Shown: positions 1-9,054, counted from the stretch's first letter. The stretch: DNA of 32,000 nucleotides from an uncultured Chloroflexia bacterium (GCA_963704755.1 OY969938.1:3330001-3362000); one strand, 5' to 3'. Program-made: numbers and translations. Notes: generated by a model not told the origin, from the sequence alone.

Positions 1-80
1 TTTTTGGGTGGTTATTACTGTATAAAAGAGGTGGAATCTCCGCAGGCACCCTTCGGGAAAAACGAACCCACCTTACAGAC

Positions 81-737
81 TTAATTATATTGTAGAACCG
101 CAACTCCCGGGAATTCTTTGATATTTGATACATTAACATCTAGCTCCTTATAATTCTTTGCGTCTTTTTTTGAAACGGTTATAAATGGTTCGACCTTTTC
201 AAATATGAATCCGAGAATTCCCATCGCTTTCGTCCTGTAGTGCATCGGTATCACGACCGCCGGATTGAGCTGATTCATGACTTCCGCTGCGCCGCTGGCA
301 TCCAGTGTGGCGCCCCCTCCTATAGGAATAAGCAGTATATCCACTTTTCCAATTTCACTAATCTGTTCAAGACTCAACTGATGTCCCAGATCGCCGCAAT
401 GGCAGACATTTAATCCGTCTATCCTGAAATTATAGACGATATTTTTACCTCTTTTTTTCCCGGAAACATCATCATGAAAGGTCGGCACACCTTTAATCTC
501 GATGCCTTCCTGCGAAAATTCCCCTGGGTCTTTGATATGCACAAAGTCCCCCTTAACCGCGCCGACATTGTTATGATCGCCGTGACCGTGACTGACTGTG
601 ACGATGTGCGCGTCAATCTCCGGCAGTTTAAAGCCGGCCATAGCGCCAAACATATTGGAATACGGGTCCGTGACGATCTTAGTGCCGTTTTCAGCGGTGA
701 GCATGAAACACGATTGACCAAACCATTGTATTTTCAT
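81..737 (-). CDS. MBL-fold metal-dependent hydrolase
   Basis: 218-aa ORF with HxHxDH metal motif (SHGHGDH). AAGGAG lies 6 nt before the ATG at 737. It starts 19 nt downstream of the MFS gene on the same strand. Confidence 0.8.
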   Translation of the reverse strand: MKIQWFGQSCFMLTAENGTKIVTDPYSNMFGAMAGFKLPEIDAHIVTVSHGHGDHNNVGAVKGDFVHIKDPGEFSQEGIEIKGVPTFHDDVSGKKRGKNIVYNFRIDGLNVCHCGDLGHQLSLEQISEIGKVDILLIPIGGGATLDASGAAEVMNQLNPAVVIPMHYRTKAMGILGFIFEKVEPFITVSKKDAKNYKELDVNVSNIKEFPGVAVLQYN

Positions 738-756
738 ATGTATCTCCTTTCATTTA

Positions 757-2124
757 TCAAGCCTTGCTCGTGACCCATCGGTCTGTAACGGTTAAGAGCA
801 TCGCCAAGACGCTAACCGCAAGCATAATGATCGCAATAACATTGAGCCCGGAATCCGAAACACTCTTTTGAAAAACTATGCTGATTATGGCTGTTGAAGC
901 AATGGAACCTAAATATCCGGCAGTGCGGAAAAGTCCAGAAGCGGTTCCGAGCTGGTCTGCGGTAGACAGTTTATAAATGGCTGCTTGATTTCCGATAATC
1001 ATTGACCCCATCGTGACGCCGAATAAAACAGTGATTATCACAATGAATATGACCGAAGACGCCGTGGACAGAAAGAGAGCGCAAACAGAGGCAGCAATTG
1101 CGAATCCTGCAGCGATGAAGAGCGAACCGCGCACCATGTTTCTTCTGGATAACAAAAGCGCCACGACAGTTGAAACGATTACCATGGGCAACATAAGCAG
1201 TCCGGAGTTTGATGAACTTATTCCTTTTGCCACTTGCATCCATTCAGTCAGGCCATAAAGTATGGCGTAACTGCACAGCGTGAGTGCAGCAAAACGTATA
1301 TATGTACGCGTAATCGCCATATTCTTAGCAAGTAGGCGTACGTCTATGAATGGGTGTTTTACACGCAATTCCCACACAATCGATGCTGCACCGAAGATTA
1401 CGGTCAGAGCGAGAGGAATCCAAACGAAATGAGGCAGCGAGAATAGGAATATCAGGAGGGAAATCATTGTTCCCGCAAATCCGATGATTCCCATTCCATC
1501 AATACTGGAGAATACCTGGCCAAATGATTTAGCGCCATCGGTATGGATATCCCGGGGAATCCATAATATAGTTATGATAAATGCGACCAGTGCAAAGGGA
1601 ACATTAATAAAAAATGTCATACGCCATCCAACAAATTGTACGAGAGCTCCGCCAATCGGCAGTCCAATGATACTTGTAATCAGAGCAGCAATCTGAAGCG
1701 AGCCCAGTACATTTCCAGGCGGTTCGGATAGGCCGCCGGATTCAGCCCGTTGACGGATGATCAGCATGGATGATGGATAGGCTGTTGATGTGCCAATACC
1801 AATGAGAACCCTTGATATGATGAGCATAGTCAGATTCTGCCCAAATCCCCCGACTAAACCGCCCAAAAGTAAGATAATAATCCCGCTCAAAAATACCCGA
1901 CGCGGCCCTAATACTTCTGACAATTTTCCGGCGGTAGGCTGAGCAACCGTACAGGCCAGGTAGAGTACCGTGACTAATATGGTTACTTGAGCCACGGAGT
2001 TATTCATGAAATGAGCGATTGGTACTAAAGCAGTGGTAAGCAGCGTTGTATTTATAGGGTTAAGTGAAGACCCCAAATAAAGCGGCCACACAAATTTCCC
2101 TGGAAACAGCTTTTTATCCGGCAT
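757..2124 (-). CDS. MFS transporter, DHA2 (EmrB/QacA-like) drug:H+ antiporter type
   Basis: Very hydrophobic multi-helix ORF. Start trimmed from the track ORF (2202) to ATG 2124, which has GGAGGA 8 nt upstream. Confidence 0.75.
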   Translation of the reverse strand: MPDKKLFPGKFVWPLYLGSSLNPINTTLLTTALVPIAHFMNNSVAQVTILVTVLYLACTVAQPTAGKLSEVLGPRRVFLSGIIILLLGGLVGGFGQNLTMLIISRVLIGIGTSTAYPSSMLIIRQRAESGGLSEPPGNVLGSLQIAALITSIIGLPIGGALVQFVGWRMTFFINVPFALVAFIITILWIPRDIHTDGAKSFGQVFSSIDGMGIIGFAGTMISLLIFLFSLPHFVWIPLALTVIFGAASIVWELRVKHPFIDVRLLAKNMAITRTYIRFAALTLCSYAILYGLTEWMQVAKGISSSNSGLLMLPMVIVSTVVALLLSRRNMVRGSLFIAAGFAIAASVCALFLSTASSVIFIVIITVLFGVTMGSMIIGNQAAIYKLSTADQLGTASGLFRTAGYLGSIASTAIISIVFQKSVSDSGLNVIAIIMLAVSVLAMLLTVTDRWVTSKA

Positions 2125-2486
2125 ATGATTATTCCTCCGCGTACAATTCTGAGAATTGAGGCTTAACGCCTTTCCTCTTGCTAAAATAAAATCGACCTTC
2201 AATGGTTCATCTCAATAAATCCGGATAGGATCAGGCTGACGAGAATGACCGCCCCCAATTGAGTTCTTTGGCAGCTTTTGTGACCAGATCGGCCATTGGC
2301 GGGATCTGGTTTGCACCGGAAATCCGGTCGTGAATATACTGATAAAAACTCACCTCTAACTTCTTGGAAGTAGCGGCCAGAGTCGCGAAACAGATACAAA
2401 TTGACCCGCAAAAAATAAACGGAAATTGGCCCTTCTTAACGCCGAGAAAATCCCTGGCCAGGTTTGAAGTTGATTTTTACTAACCA

Positions 2487-2948
2487 TTATTTGTTTTCAT
2501 TCTTGGAGTCAAACTGTTCTAAAATGCGTTGCAGAGCTAAAAACGTGGTTTTAAAGGCCTCAATTTCGGCCATAGATAGCTGCTCGAACACATCCGTCAG
2601 GTATTCAACCTGCATCTGGCGGGCGGGTTGCCAATGGGCGCGCCCCTCTTCGGTAACCTTTAACAGGGCGCTACGCCGGTCTGCTGGGTCGGGAATTCTC
2701 TCAACCCAGCCGTGTTCGACCAATGATTGCACCTGTAAACTGGCCCCTTGGCGGGTTACGTTGATCTCCTGGGCCAGGTCGCTTAAGGTAATAGGCTGTT
2801 CGATCAGTTTGTCAAGGGTGCGGAGTTGGCTGAAAGTGATCTCATCCGCGATTTTTTGGTGAAATTGGTTCGTGATAAGGCGTTTAAAGCGTGGAAATAT
2901 GGTTAAAACTAATTCTGCGACCGATTGGGTGCTTTCTTTTGTGTCCAT
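2487..2948 (-). CDS. MarR family transcriptional regulator
   Basis: 153-aa ORF with a winged-HTH MarR pattern (..LSDLAQEINVTRQGASLQVQSLVEHGWVERIPDPADRRSALLKVTEEG..). GGAGGA precedes the ATG. Confidence 0.85.
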   Translation of the reverse strand: MDTKESTQSVAELVLTIFPRFKRLITNQFHQKIADEITFSQLRTLDKLIEQPITLSDLAQEINVTRQGASLQVQSLVEHGWVERIPDPADRRSALLKVTEEGRAHWQPARQMQVEYLTDVFEQLSMAEIEAFKTTFLALQRILEQFDSKNENK

Positions 2949-2977
2949 TTAGTCCTCCAAATAAGTCAAGTTGCCGG

Positions 2978-3006
2978 ATTATAGACCAGTTGACAATATA
3001 TGTCAA
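2978..3006 (-). promoter_or_regulatory. Consensus sigma70-type promoter for the MarR gene (TTGACA-N17-TATAAT)
   Basis: Minus strand reads TTGACA (3006-3001), a 17-nt spacer, then TATAAT (2983-2978), about 30 nt upstream of the MarR ATG. Confidence 0.7.
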
Positions 3007-3044
3007 GTTAATTGACAGTCAAGTATATTGACATAATAAGTCAA
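2990..3044. promoter_or_regulatory. Three TTGAC..GTCAA inverted repeats (putative MarR operators)
   Basis: TTGACAATATATGTCAA (2990-3006), TTGACAGTCAA (3012-3022) and TTGACATAATAAGTCAA (3028-3044). The first overlaps the -35 box and spacer. Confidence 0.5.
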
Positions 3045-3213
3045 TTGGAGGATTCTTTTTGCCGCTAATAAAAATCGAAATAGGCGGCTAAAGGAGTATT
3101 TATGGTCGAGATAAATATTGAAGAACATTCCGCCCTGCTAGTGATGGATGGGCAGACTGCACCGCTTTTTTCAGCGGAGATCATTATCCCCCTATCATAA
3201 TCATATTTGCAAA

Positions 3214-3318
3214 CAAAAAGCGCCTTCCATTTGTTGGAAAGCGCCACAATCTTATTGCTAATTTTAGTGAAATAGAATCGGCCTAAACTTGTACCCGTAT
3301 ATACAACTCGGTCCGCGC
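3214..3318 (-). repeat. DT unit copy A (DUF35-tail mimic plus terminator hairpin)
   Basis: Minus strand reads GGA CCG AGT TGT ATA TAC GGG TAC AAG TTT AGG CCG ATT CTA TTT CAC TAA (GPSCIYGYKFRPILFH*) with no start codon. It is followed by the hairpin GCGCTTTCCA-N5-TGGAAGGCGC and T5. Confidence 0.7.
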
Positions 3319-3402
3319 CTAACGCACAGTGTCTATCGGATCATCGTTTTCTCTTTGTGGTTCGGTTCGCATTCATTTTCAACAAATCTCTTCGCAAACT
3401 GC

Positions 3403-3428
3403 GAACTTTTTCAGGTAGGATTCCGTAA
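3403..3428 (+). promoter_or_regulatory. ECF-type promoter candidate (GAAC-N17-CGTAA)
   Basis: GAAC at 3403-3406 and CGTAA at 3424-3428, about 30 nt upstream of the sigma factor ATG. This matches the general ECF -35 GAAC / -10 CGT pattern. Confidence 0.4.
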
Positions 3429-3459
3429 TAGCTTATTGAGTCCAACTGGTGAACCTTTG

Positions 3460-4029
3460 ATGACAGATCCTTTAAGTGATGAGCAGATTATTGCCCAGGT
3501 GATGCTGGGAAAACGAGCGTCCCTGGAGATCCTTGTAGAACGGTACCACAAGCTATTATTCGGTTACCTTTACCGTTTGACAAACGGCAACCGTCCCCTG
3601 GCGGAAGATCTGGTCCAGGAGACGTTCCTTCGCGTGCTCCAACAAGATTCCTATCAAACCCAACGGCCGTTCAAACCCTGGTTGTATTCGATTGCCACCC
3701 ATCTGGCTTACGATTATTTCCGTTCTGCACAGGCGCGACGAACGATCAATACAGATGAAAACGGCTTTTCCGATTGTGCCGATCCTCAGCCTGCTCCGGA
3801 AGAAATTGCACAGACAGTGGACGAGGGCGAAGTAATTGCGTCTGCGATTGGCCAGTTAGGAGAAGAGTATCGCGCCGCCTTATTTTTGCGATTTTATCAG
3901 GGATTATGTCTGCAAGAAATTGCCCAGACACTGCAGATCCCGCTGGGGACGGTGAAATCACGCCTTTCGGTAGGCGCCGCGCGCCTGCGGGAGCTTCTGG
4001 TGGATTATGAAAAAGGAGAAGAACGATGA
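3460..4029 (+). CDS. ECF (sigma-70 family group 4) RNA polymerase sigma factor
   Basis: Region 2 (LVERYHKLLFGYLYRL..AEDLVQETFLRV) and region 4 (LRFYQGLCLQEIAQTLQIPLGTVKSRL) are recognisable. Start trimmed to the internal ATG at 3460 because the 5' part of the track ORF runs through DT copy A. Confidence 0.85.
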   Translation: MTDPLSDEQIIAQVMLGKRASLEILVERYHKLLFGYLYRLTNGNRPLAEDLVQETFLRVLQQDSYQTQRPFKPWLYSIATHLAYDYFRSAQARRTINTDENGFSDCADPQPAPEEIAQTVDEGEVIASAIGQLGEEYRAALFLRFYQGLCLQEIAQTLQIPLGTVKSRLSVGAARLRELLVDYEKGEER

Positions 4030-4898
4030 AAGATTTCACCTATTCGTGGCCTTTGGATCAAGAGGACCATCTGGCAGACGCGCTGCGGGAACAAGGAACG
4101 CCGGAAGAGAAGATCCCCGAACTGACCCAATCCCTGATGCGGCTGAAGGAATGGCAGGCCCCCACCCTCACCGCTGGCGATTCCCGGCAGTTGGTCGAAC
4201 GTTTAGCCTCGCACCTGCCGGCAGTATCCGATATTCGCCGAGCAGTCCGCAACCATCCTCCGGGCCTTCTAGGCGAATTCGTAGATCTGCTCAGGTTGGT
4301 CCAGACCCAGGTCAGCCTGTTCCAGATGTCCTTCTGGTTGGCGTCATCGGTGATCATCCTGCTTGGCGGCCTGTTGATCCTGAGCGGCCCAATATTGAAC
4401 CCCACATTTTTGTTACAGGTGATCGGTCCTTTGCTTAGCTATCTTGGAATAGCCACGGCATTCCGAGGCAGCGGGTTGCACATGCTGGAATTCGAGCTGG
4501 CTTGCCCGCCCTCTCCACGCCAATTGACCCTGGCCCGCCTGGTGATTGTACTTTGTTACGATATCGCCCTGGGCCTCTTTTTGTCGCTCGTCCTTCGGGT
4601 TTCGAGTAATTTTAGCTTCTGGCTGATCACCCTGCACTGGTTGGCGCCACTCCTCCTGGGCACGGGATTGACCTTGCTGCTCTCTTTGCGCATTCCGGTC
4701 TCCCGGGCAGCAGTCATCAGTTACGTCGGCTGGCTGGTGGTCCTGGCTTCGGCGTTGATCGAACAGAACAGCGTGCAGACCTCGGTCAGCGTCTTCTCCG
4801 GCCTGACTGAACTGGGGTTTGGCCTGGCGGGCCTGGCAATGCTGGTTGGAGTGATCCTCTGGCTGCCGAAGACCGTTCAGTGCATGCTGCCTGGCTAG
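4026..4898 (+). CDS. Multi-pass membrane protein, putative anti-sigma factor
   Basis: The ATG overlaps the sigma stop (ATGA). About 90 aa of soluble N-terminus are followed by about six hydrophobic helices. No zinc anti-sigma motif was seen, so the call rests on position only. Confidence 0.45.
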   Translation: MKDFTYSWPLDQEDHLADALREQGTPEEKIPELTQSLMRLKEWQAPTLTAGDSRQLVERLASHLPAVSDIRRAVRNHPPGLLGEFVDLLRLVQTQVSLFQMSFWLASSVIILLGGLLILSGPILNPTFLLQVIGPLLSYLGIATAFRGSGLHMLEFELACPPSPRQLTLARLVIVLCYDIALGLFLSLVLRVSSNFSFWLITLHWLAPLLLGTGLTLLLSLRIPVSRAAVISYVGWLVVLASALIEQNSVQTSVSVFSGLTELGFGLAGLAMLVGVILWLPKTVQCMLPG

Positions 4899-5009
4899 TC
4901 GATACGGGCTGCGAACCTTTTTGCCAGCTTCTCCGTAACAGTTACTGCAGACGCTGATCGACCATTGTTCACGAAAACGAAGCGTGAAGCGGTCTGTAAA
5001 GGAGAATTC

Positions 5010-5930
5010 ATGCAAATAACTCAATCCAAAACTGGGGCAGGCGGGATCGTACCGATCCCTATCGAACCGGTCTCCGCCCTGACCAGAACCCTTCAAGTGA
5101 CTGGCTGGGAATGGAAGCATTTTCTCTCCAACCGGTCGAGCTGGATGATTGGCGGTGCGGCGTTCTGTTTTTTCACCGGGCTGCTCGCCGTACGTAACCA
5201 GTGGGGCGCTGTATTGGGGACGACAGCTCTGGGACAACTGGCTGAACTGGTGTACGACCTGATGCTGATTTTCGGTGTCATGCTCCCATTCCTGGTGACC
5301 GACCAGGTGGCTCACGACTACCAGGAGCGCATGCACGAACTGCTCATGACCACCGCTATTCCTACCAGCATCTACGTACTCGGGCGCTACCTGGCCGCAG
5401 TGTTGATCAGCTTTTGCCTGGGGCTGGCATTACTGGCGGCGCAGCTCCTGGTCAATCTGGCCTTACCGTTTATTTACCCAATCTATCCGGCGGTAAACGC
5501 TCTCACCACGCTGTCTCTGTGGGCGCGCCTGACCCTTCCGGCCGGGTTACTGGCCGGCAGCTTGTGTTTTTGCCTGGGGACACTCTTCCCTCGCGTCACG
5601 GCCGTCCCCAAAATTGCTACCAGCCTGGCCTGGGTCATCCTGGCGCTTGATAATGATCCTACCGACCTGACCTGGCGCGCTTATTGGAATCCCACCGGGG
5701 CTGGGATGATCACCCTGGCCTACAAACACTTCCAGGACCTGGCTGAAGCCGGTTTGAAGACGGCTCTCAATCCTGCCGGAGGATCGGAACTGATCTTACA
5801 CCTGCAGCAGAATCTCCCCGACCTGCAGCCCTGGTTGGCGCCGTTCCTGGCGCTGGCAGGGATCGGCCTGCTGCTGGGCCTCCTAACGGTGGCTGGTTTC
5901 CGGCGCTTTCGCAGCAGCATGAACGCTTGA
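5010..5930 (+). CDS. ABC-2 type transporter permease
   Basis: Hydrophobic ORF. AAGGAG lies 6 nt before ATG 5010. It is a paralogue of the next gene (VTDQVAHDYQERMHELLMTT vs VTEGASRDYRQRIHEVLMAT). Confidence 0.65.
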   Translation: MQITQSKTGAGGIVPIPIEPVSALTRTLQVTGWEWKHFLSNRSSWMIGGAAFCFFTGLLAVRNQWGAVLGTTALGQLAELVYDLMLIFGVMLPFLVTDQVAHDYQERMHELLMTTAIPTSIYVLGRYLAAVLISFCLGLALLAAQLLVNLALPFIYPIYPAVNALTTLSLWARLTLPAGLLAGSLCFCLGTLFPRVTAVPKIATSLAWVILALDNDPTDLTWRAYWNPTGAGMITLAYKHFQDLAEAGLKTALNPAGGSELILHLQQNLPDLQPWLAPFLALAGIGLLLGLLTVAGFRRFRSSMNA

Positions 5931-5940
5931 AGAGGAACCC

Positions 5941-6849
5941 ATGAAGACCAAACCATTTATTCTCAGCCGGGCGGATGATCTATCCGCGAACCCCCCCAGT
6001 CCTTTGTTCAGCGTCTGGGGATGGGAGTTGAAGCGTATATTTACTAAACCCTTGAATTGGGGATTCGCCCTGGGTAGTTTCCTCTTTTTTGGCGCGATGA
6101 TGTGGTTCAAACATGCCTGGACATTGGGGACGGAAAGTGGGACACGGTTTACCCTATACGGCACGAGCGCGTTCGGCCTGTTCTACGAATTCACCGTGGT
6201 CTTGATGCTGGTGTTTGCATTCATCCTGCCATTCGTGGTCACCGAAGGAGCTTCGCGGGATTACCGGCAGCGCATCCATGAGGTATTAATGGCCACTCCC
6301 CTGCCGGGCCAGGCGTACGTCTGGGGACGCTTCCTGGCCACCCTCACGCTTGCCATAGGGCAGGCAGTTCTGATGGTGGTTGCAGCGTGGTTGATGGGCA
6401 CGATCCTACACCTTCGAAACGGGTTCTACCCGCAGCCAACTTGGCCGAACCTGATCACTGCCTGGGGGCTGGTCGTCATCCCGGCGACGATCTTGATCGC
6501 AGGCCTGGGGTTCAGCTTGGGCACACTCTGGCCGCAGCGGACTCGCCTGATCATGCTGGGGTTGTTGATCGCCTGGTTATTATTCTTCACGGTAGGCGAC
6601 ATCTTGAGTGTCAATCCAACCGGTGTCAGTATATTAGGCACACAGATCTCCCGTCTGGTTCAGGCGGCAAACGCGCAGTTGGCCTCGATCCCGGCGGATC
6701 AGCAAGCCGCCTGGCTCGAACGGCTCCAGGTTGCCTCGCCAGATGTGAGCGGTTGGTGGCTGACCCAATACGCCCAGGCGGCGCTTGGGATTATATGCGT
6801 GGTCGTCGCTGCTGCCGGATTCCGGCGCTATCGAAAAGAAGTAGATTGA
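5941..6849 (+). CDS. ABC-2 type transporter permease (paralogue)
   Basis: 302-aa hydrophobic ORF with GAGGA upstream. It shares a loop motif with the preceding permease. Confidence 0.65.
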   Translation: MKTKPFILSRADDLSANPPSPLFSVWGWELKRIFTKPLNWGFALGSFLFFGAMMWFKHAWTLGTESGTRFTLYGTSAFGLFYEFTVVLMLVFAFILPFVVTEGASRDYRQRIHEVLMATPLPGQAYVWGRFLATLTLAIGQAVLMVVAAWLMGTILHLRNGFYPQPTWPNLITAWGLVVIPATILIAGLGFSLGTLWPQRTRLIMLGLLIAWLLFFTVGDILSVNPTGVSILGTQISRLVQAANAQLASIPADQQAAWLERLQVASPDVSGWWLTQYAQAALGIICVVVAAAGFRRYRKEVD

Positions 6850-6866
6850 AGAAAAGAGAGCCAAAA

Positions 6867-7751
6867 ATGGAACTGCACATCGAGCACTTGAGTAAACAAT
6901 ATGGCCGTCATCCGGCCTTGAAAGGGATTTCACTTACCTGCAGCAACGAAATGGTCGGGTTGGTTGGGCCGAATGGCGCCGGAAAGACCACCCTGATGCG
7001 CATCCTGGCCACCCTCATCCCCCAGACTGCCGGAAAAGTCACCTGGAACGGGAAGGATATCCATGAGGATCCGCAGGCCCTCCGCCGGGTGCTGGGTTAT
7101 TTACCCCAGGAATTCGGTCTCTATGAAGAATTCAGCGCGCGGCAGATCCTCCGTTACCTGGGTGCCATGAAAGGACTGCCGGATACACTCGCCCGGCGTA
7201 GGGTGGACGAATTGATCGAGCTGGTCAACCTGGAAAAAGACGCCGATCGCAAGCTTAAGACCTATTCGGGTGGGATGAAGCAGCGGGTTGGCATTGCACA
7301 GGCGCTCTTGAATGACCCGGAGCTGCTGATCGTCGACGAACCCACTGCTGGATTGGATCCGGCTGAGCGGGTACGCTTCCGCATGCTGCTTGCCAGCCTG
7401 ACCGCCGAGCGTCTGGTGATCCTCTCGACCCATATCATTGGTGACGTCGAGGCTGTCGCCAGCCGGCTGGTCGTGCTGAACCAGGGAGAAATTGTCTCCG
7501 ATACGCCCCCTGAAATGCTGTTGAGCGCCGCCAAAGGCCAGGTGTGGACGGTGACCACGGACCCCGAAACAGCCATTCGCATTCAGAGCGCTTATCAGGT
7601 GAGCGCGATGGTCCAGCAGCCGGGCGGCGTCATGCTACGGATCGCCAGTCACGAGCGCCCACACGAAAGTGCAGTTCCGGTGGAACCCACTTTGGAAGAT
7701 GCCTATTTACTGGTGGTTGGGGAACAATTGGAACAAGAAAAGAATTTGTAG
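6867..7751 (+). CDS. ABC transporter ATP-binding protein
   Basis: Walker A GPNGAGKTT, signature YSGGMKQRV and Walker B LLIVDEPTAGLD. Start trimmed to MELHIEHL (6867), because the track ORF 5' extension overlaps the permease. Confidence 0.9.
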   Translation: MELHIEHLSKQYGRHPALKGISLTCSNEMVGLVGPNGAGKTTLMRILATLIPQTAGKVTWNGKDIHEDPQALRRVLGYLPQEFGLYEEFSARQILRYLGAMKGLPDTLARRRVDELIELVNLEKDADRKLKTYSGGMKQRVGIAQALLNDPELLIVDEPTAGLDPAERVRFRMLLASLTAERLVILSTHIIGDVEAVASRLVVLNQGEIVSDTPPEMLLSAAKGQVWTVTTDPETAIRIQSAYQVSAMVQQPGGVMLRIASHERPHESAVPVEPTLEDAYLLVVGEQLEQEKNL

Positions 7752-7787
7752 TTAATGGGATGGTTTGGTAATCTTTTCGAAATAAAG

Positions 7788-7819
7788 CAGCGACCCGTTG
7801 AGATTTTCACGGGTCGCTG
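7788..7819 (+). terminator. Hairpin downstream of the ABC operon
   Basis: CAGCGACCCGT-N10-ACGGGTCGCTG, 37 nt after the stop. The T tract is weak. Confidence 0.45.
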
Positions 7820-7875
7820 TTGCATATTCATAGTATTTGAAAACGACCATAACTTAGCGATGATTTTGTCACAAA

Positions 7876-7980
7876 ACAAAAAGCGCCCTCCATCTCTGAA
7901 GAGCGCTTCAATTGTCTCAGGATTTTCTCTACTGCATCACCGGATGGAACTTATACCCGTATATCCGACTCGGTCCACAC
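7876..7980 (-). repeat. DT unit copy B
   Basis: Minus strand reads TAG TGT GGA CCG AGT CGG ATA TAC GGG TAT AAG TTC CAT CCG GTG ATG CAG TAG (CGPSRIYGYKFHPVMQ*), preceded by an in-frame stop and with no start codon. It is followed by the hairpin GCGCTCTTC-N7-GAGGGCGC and T5. Confidence 0.75.
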
Positions 7981-8005
7981 TAGAGAGGTCAAATTGCGAA
8001 TTGGT

Positions 8006-8581
8006 TTATTCCATTCCTTTCAAAGCACGCTCCAGCAAATCGCTTACTTTTAGTTCATTCGCCCATTTCTTCAAATAAATCAGGTCGAGCCCACTGGCGC
8101 GAGTTTTCAGTACACCAAGGATGTCACGCCATTGACGCTCAGACACCTCGCCGCCAAGACGATACCACTCGAGTTTTGCCAGGATCGTATCTTCAGGGCT
8201 GCTAAACTTTGCGCTTACCTCTTTCTCAAAAAGAAAGGTTTGCTTTTGAGCGCGGTCCAGTTGCAATTGTAAAAAGGGACGGGGATGAGGAATGAAAATA
8301 TCCACCTTGAACATGCTCTCACGATGGATGATGTTAAAACTGGAGTGGCGCTGTATGGATTGGGCAATCATCTCTTCATCCACATAGAATTCGTCTTGTT
8401 AGGCTGAAACAAACCGTTGAAGATGTTCCAATTGCATTTCTGCCACGATGTCTGAATCCTGGGTAGTTCGCACCATGCCATAAAGGGTGCTGGCAAGTGA
8501 ACCGCCAATAAAATATGGGATGTTTAGTTTTTCGAGAACCTGTGTGACCCGGATGGTGACTTCGATCGGTTCATTTTGCAT
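8006..8581 (-). pseudogene. Nucleotidyltransferase-fold protein interrupted by one in-frame TAA
   Basis: The N-terminal ORF (8399-8581) carries GGSLASTLYG..TQDSDIV (NTase GS..DxD pattern). The C-terminal ORF (8006-8383) is in the same frame. The halves are separated only by TAA at 8399-8401 plus 5 codons (..FVSA*QDEFYVDEEM..). Confidence 0.6.
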
Positions 8582-8825
8582 CGGGAAGGTCTCCATAGAC
8601 CTTACATGCGATTTCTTCACCAAGCAATAGGCCTGCCAGTCTGCGTTTTAGCTCGGCATCGCCAGCCAGGGGATATTGCTTCCGTAAACCGGCTAAGGCT
8701 AACAAACGGGCCGATTGGTTGAGCTGCGCCAACATTTGCATTTTCCGAGTGGGGCTCGCTGCCCGCCATAAATCAATTTGCAAGGCTTCCATTTTGGGAT
8801 GGGTATCCGGGAATAAGGCGGCCAT
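8571..8825 (-). CDS. Small conserved hypothetical protein, partner of the nucleotidyltransferase
   Basis: 84-aa ORF whose stop overlaps the NTase ATG (ATGCAAAATGA). This is a two-gene, TA-like layout. Confidence 0.5.
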   Translation of the reverse strand: MAALFPDTHPKMEALQIDLWRAASPTRKMQMLAQLNQSARLLALAGLRKQYPLAGDAELKRRLAGLLLGEEIACKVYGDLPDAK

Positions 8826-8949
8826 TTGCTTTTTATTCCTTTCGTGACGGCAATTTCGTCTTCCTTTAGATTACAGAGGCTATAAGCTCAAGCGCCAATT
8901 TATTTTCATTTGTTATTGTATGATTTAATTTTACCTGAAATGGAAATGG

Positions 8950-9054
8950 GAAGCACCCTCCATATTCAGGAAGGCGCTTTTGTAATCGGAATTTGCCGTG
9001 GACCAGCAAGCGCCGGGTTAAATTTATACACGGATATACGACTTGGTCCACACG
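8950..9054 (-). repeat. DT unit copy C (stop codon lost)
   Basis: Minus strand reads TGT GGA CCA AGT CGT ATA TCC GTG TAT AAA TTT AAC CCG.. (CGPSRISVYKFNPALAG..). It is followed by the hairpin AAGCGCCTTCC-N7-GGAGGGTGCTT. Confidence 0.65.

Noticed and set aside
2125-2486. 360-nt gap between MarR and the MFS gene with a 70-aa track ORF (2199-2411).
   Set aside because: The ORF has no SD and an implausible sequence. Another frame gives a hydrophobic fragment (..FPFIFCGSICICFATLAA..), possibly a decayed gene, but the evidence is too weak to annotate.
6387-6866. 160-codon 5' extension of the ABC ATPase track ORF.
   Set aside because: It overlaps the second permease in another frame. The ATPase domain begins at MELHIEHL (6867), right after the permease stop.
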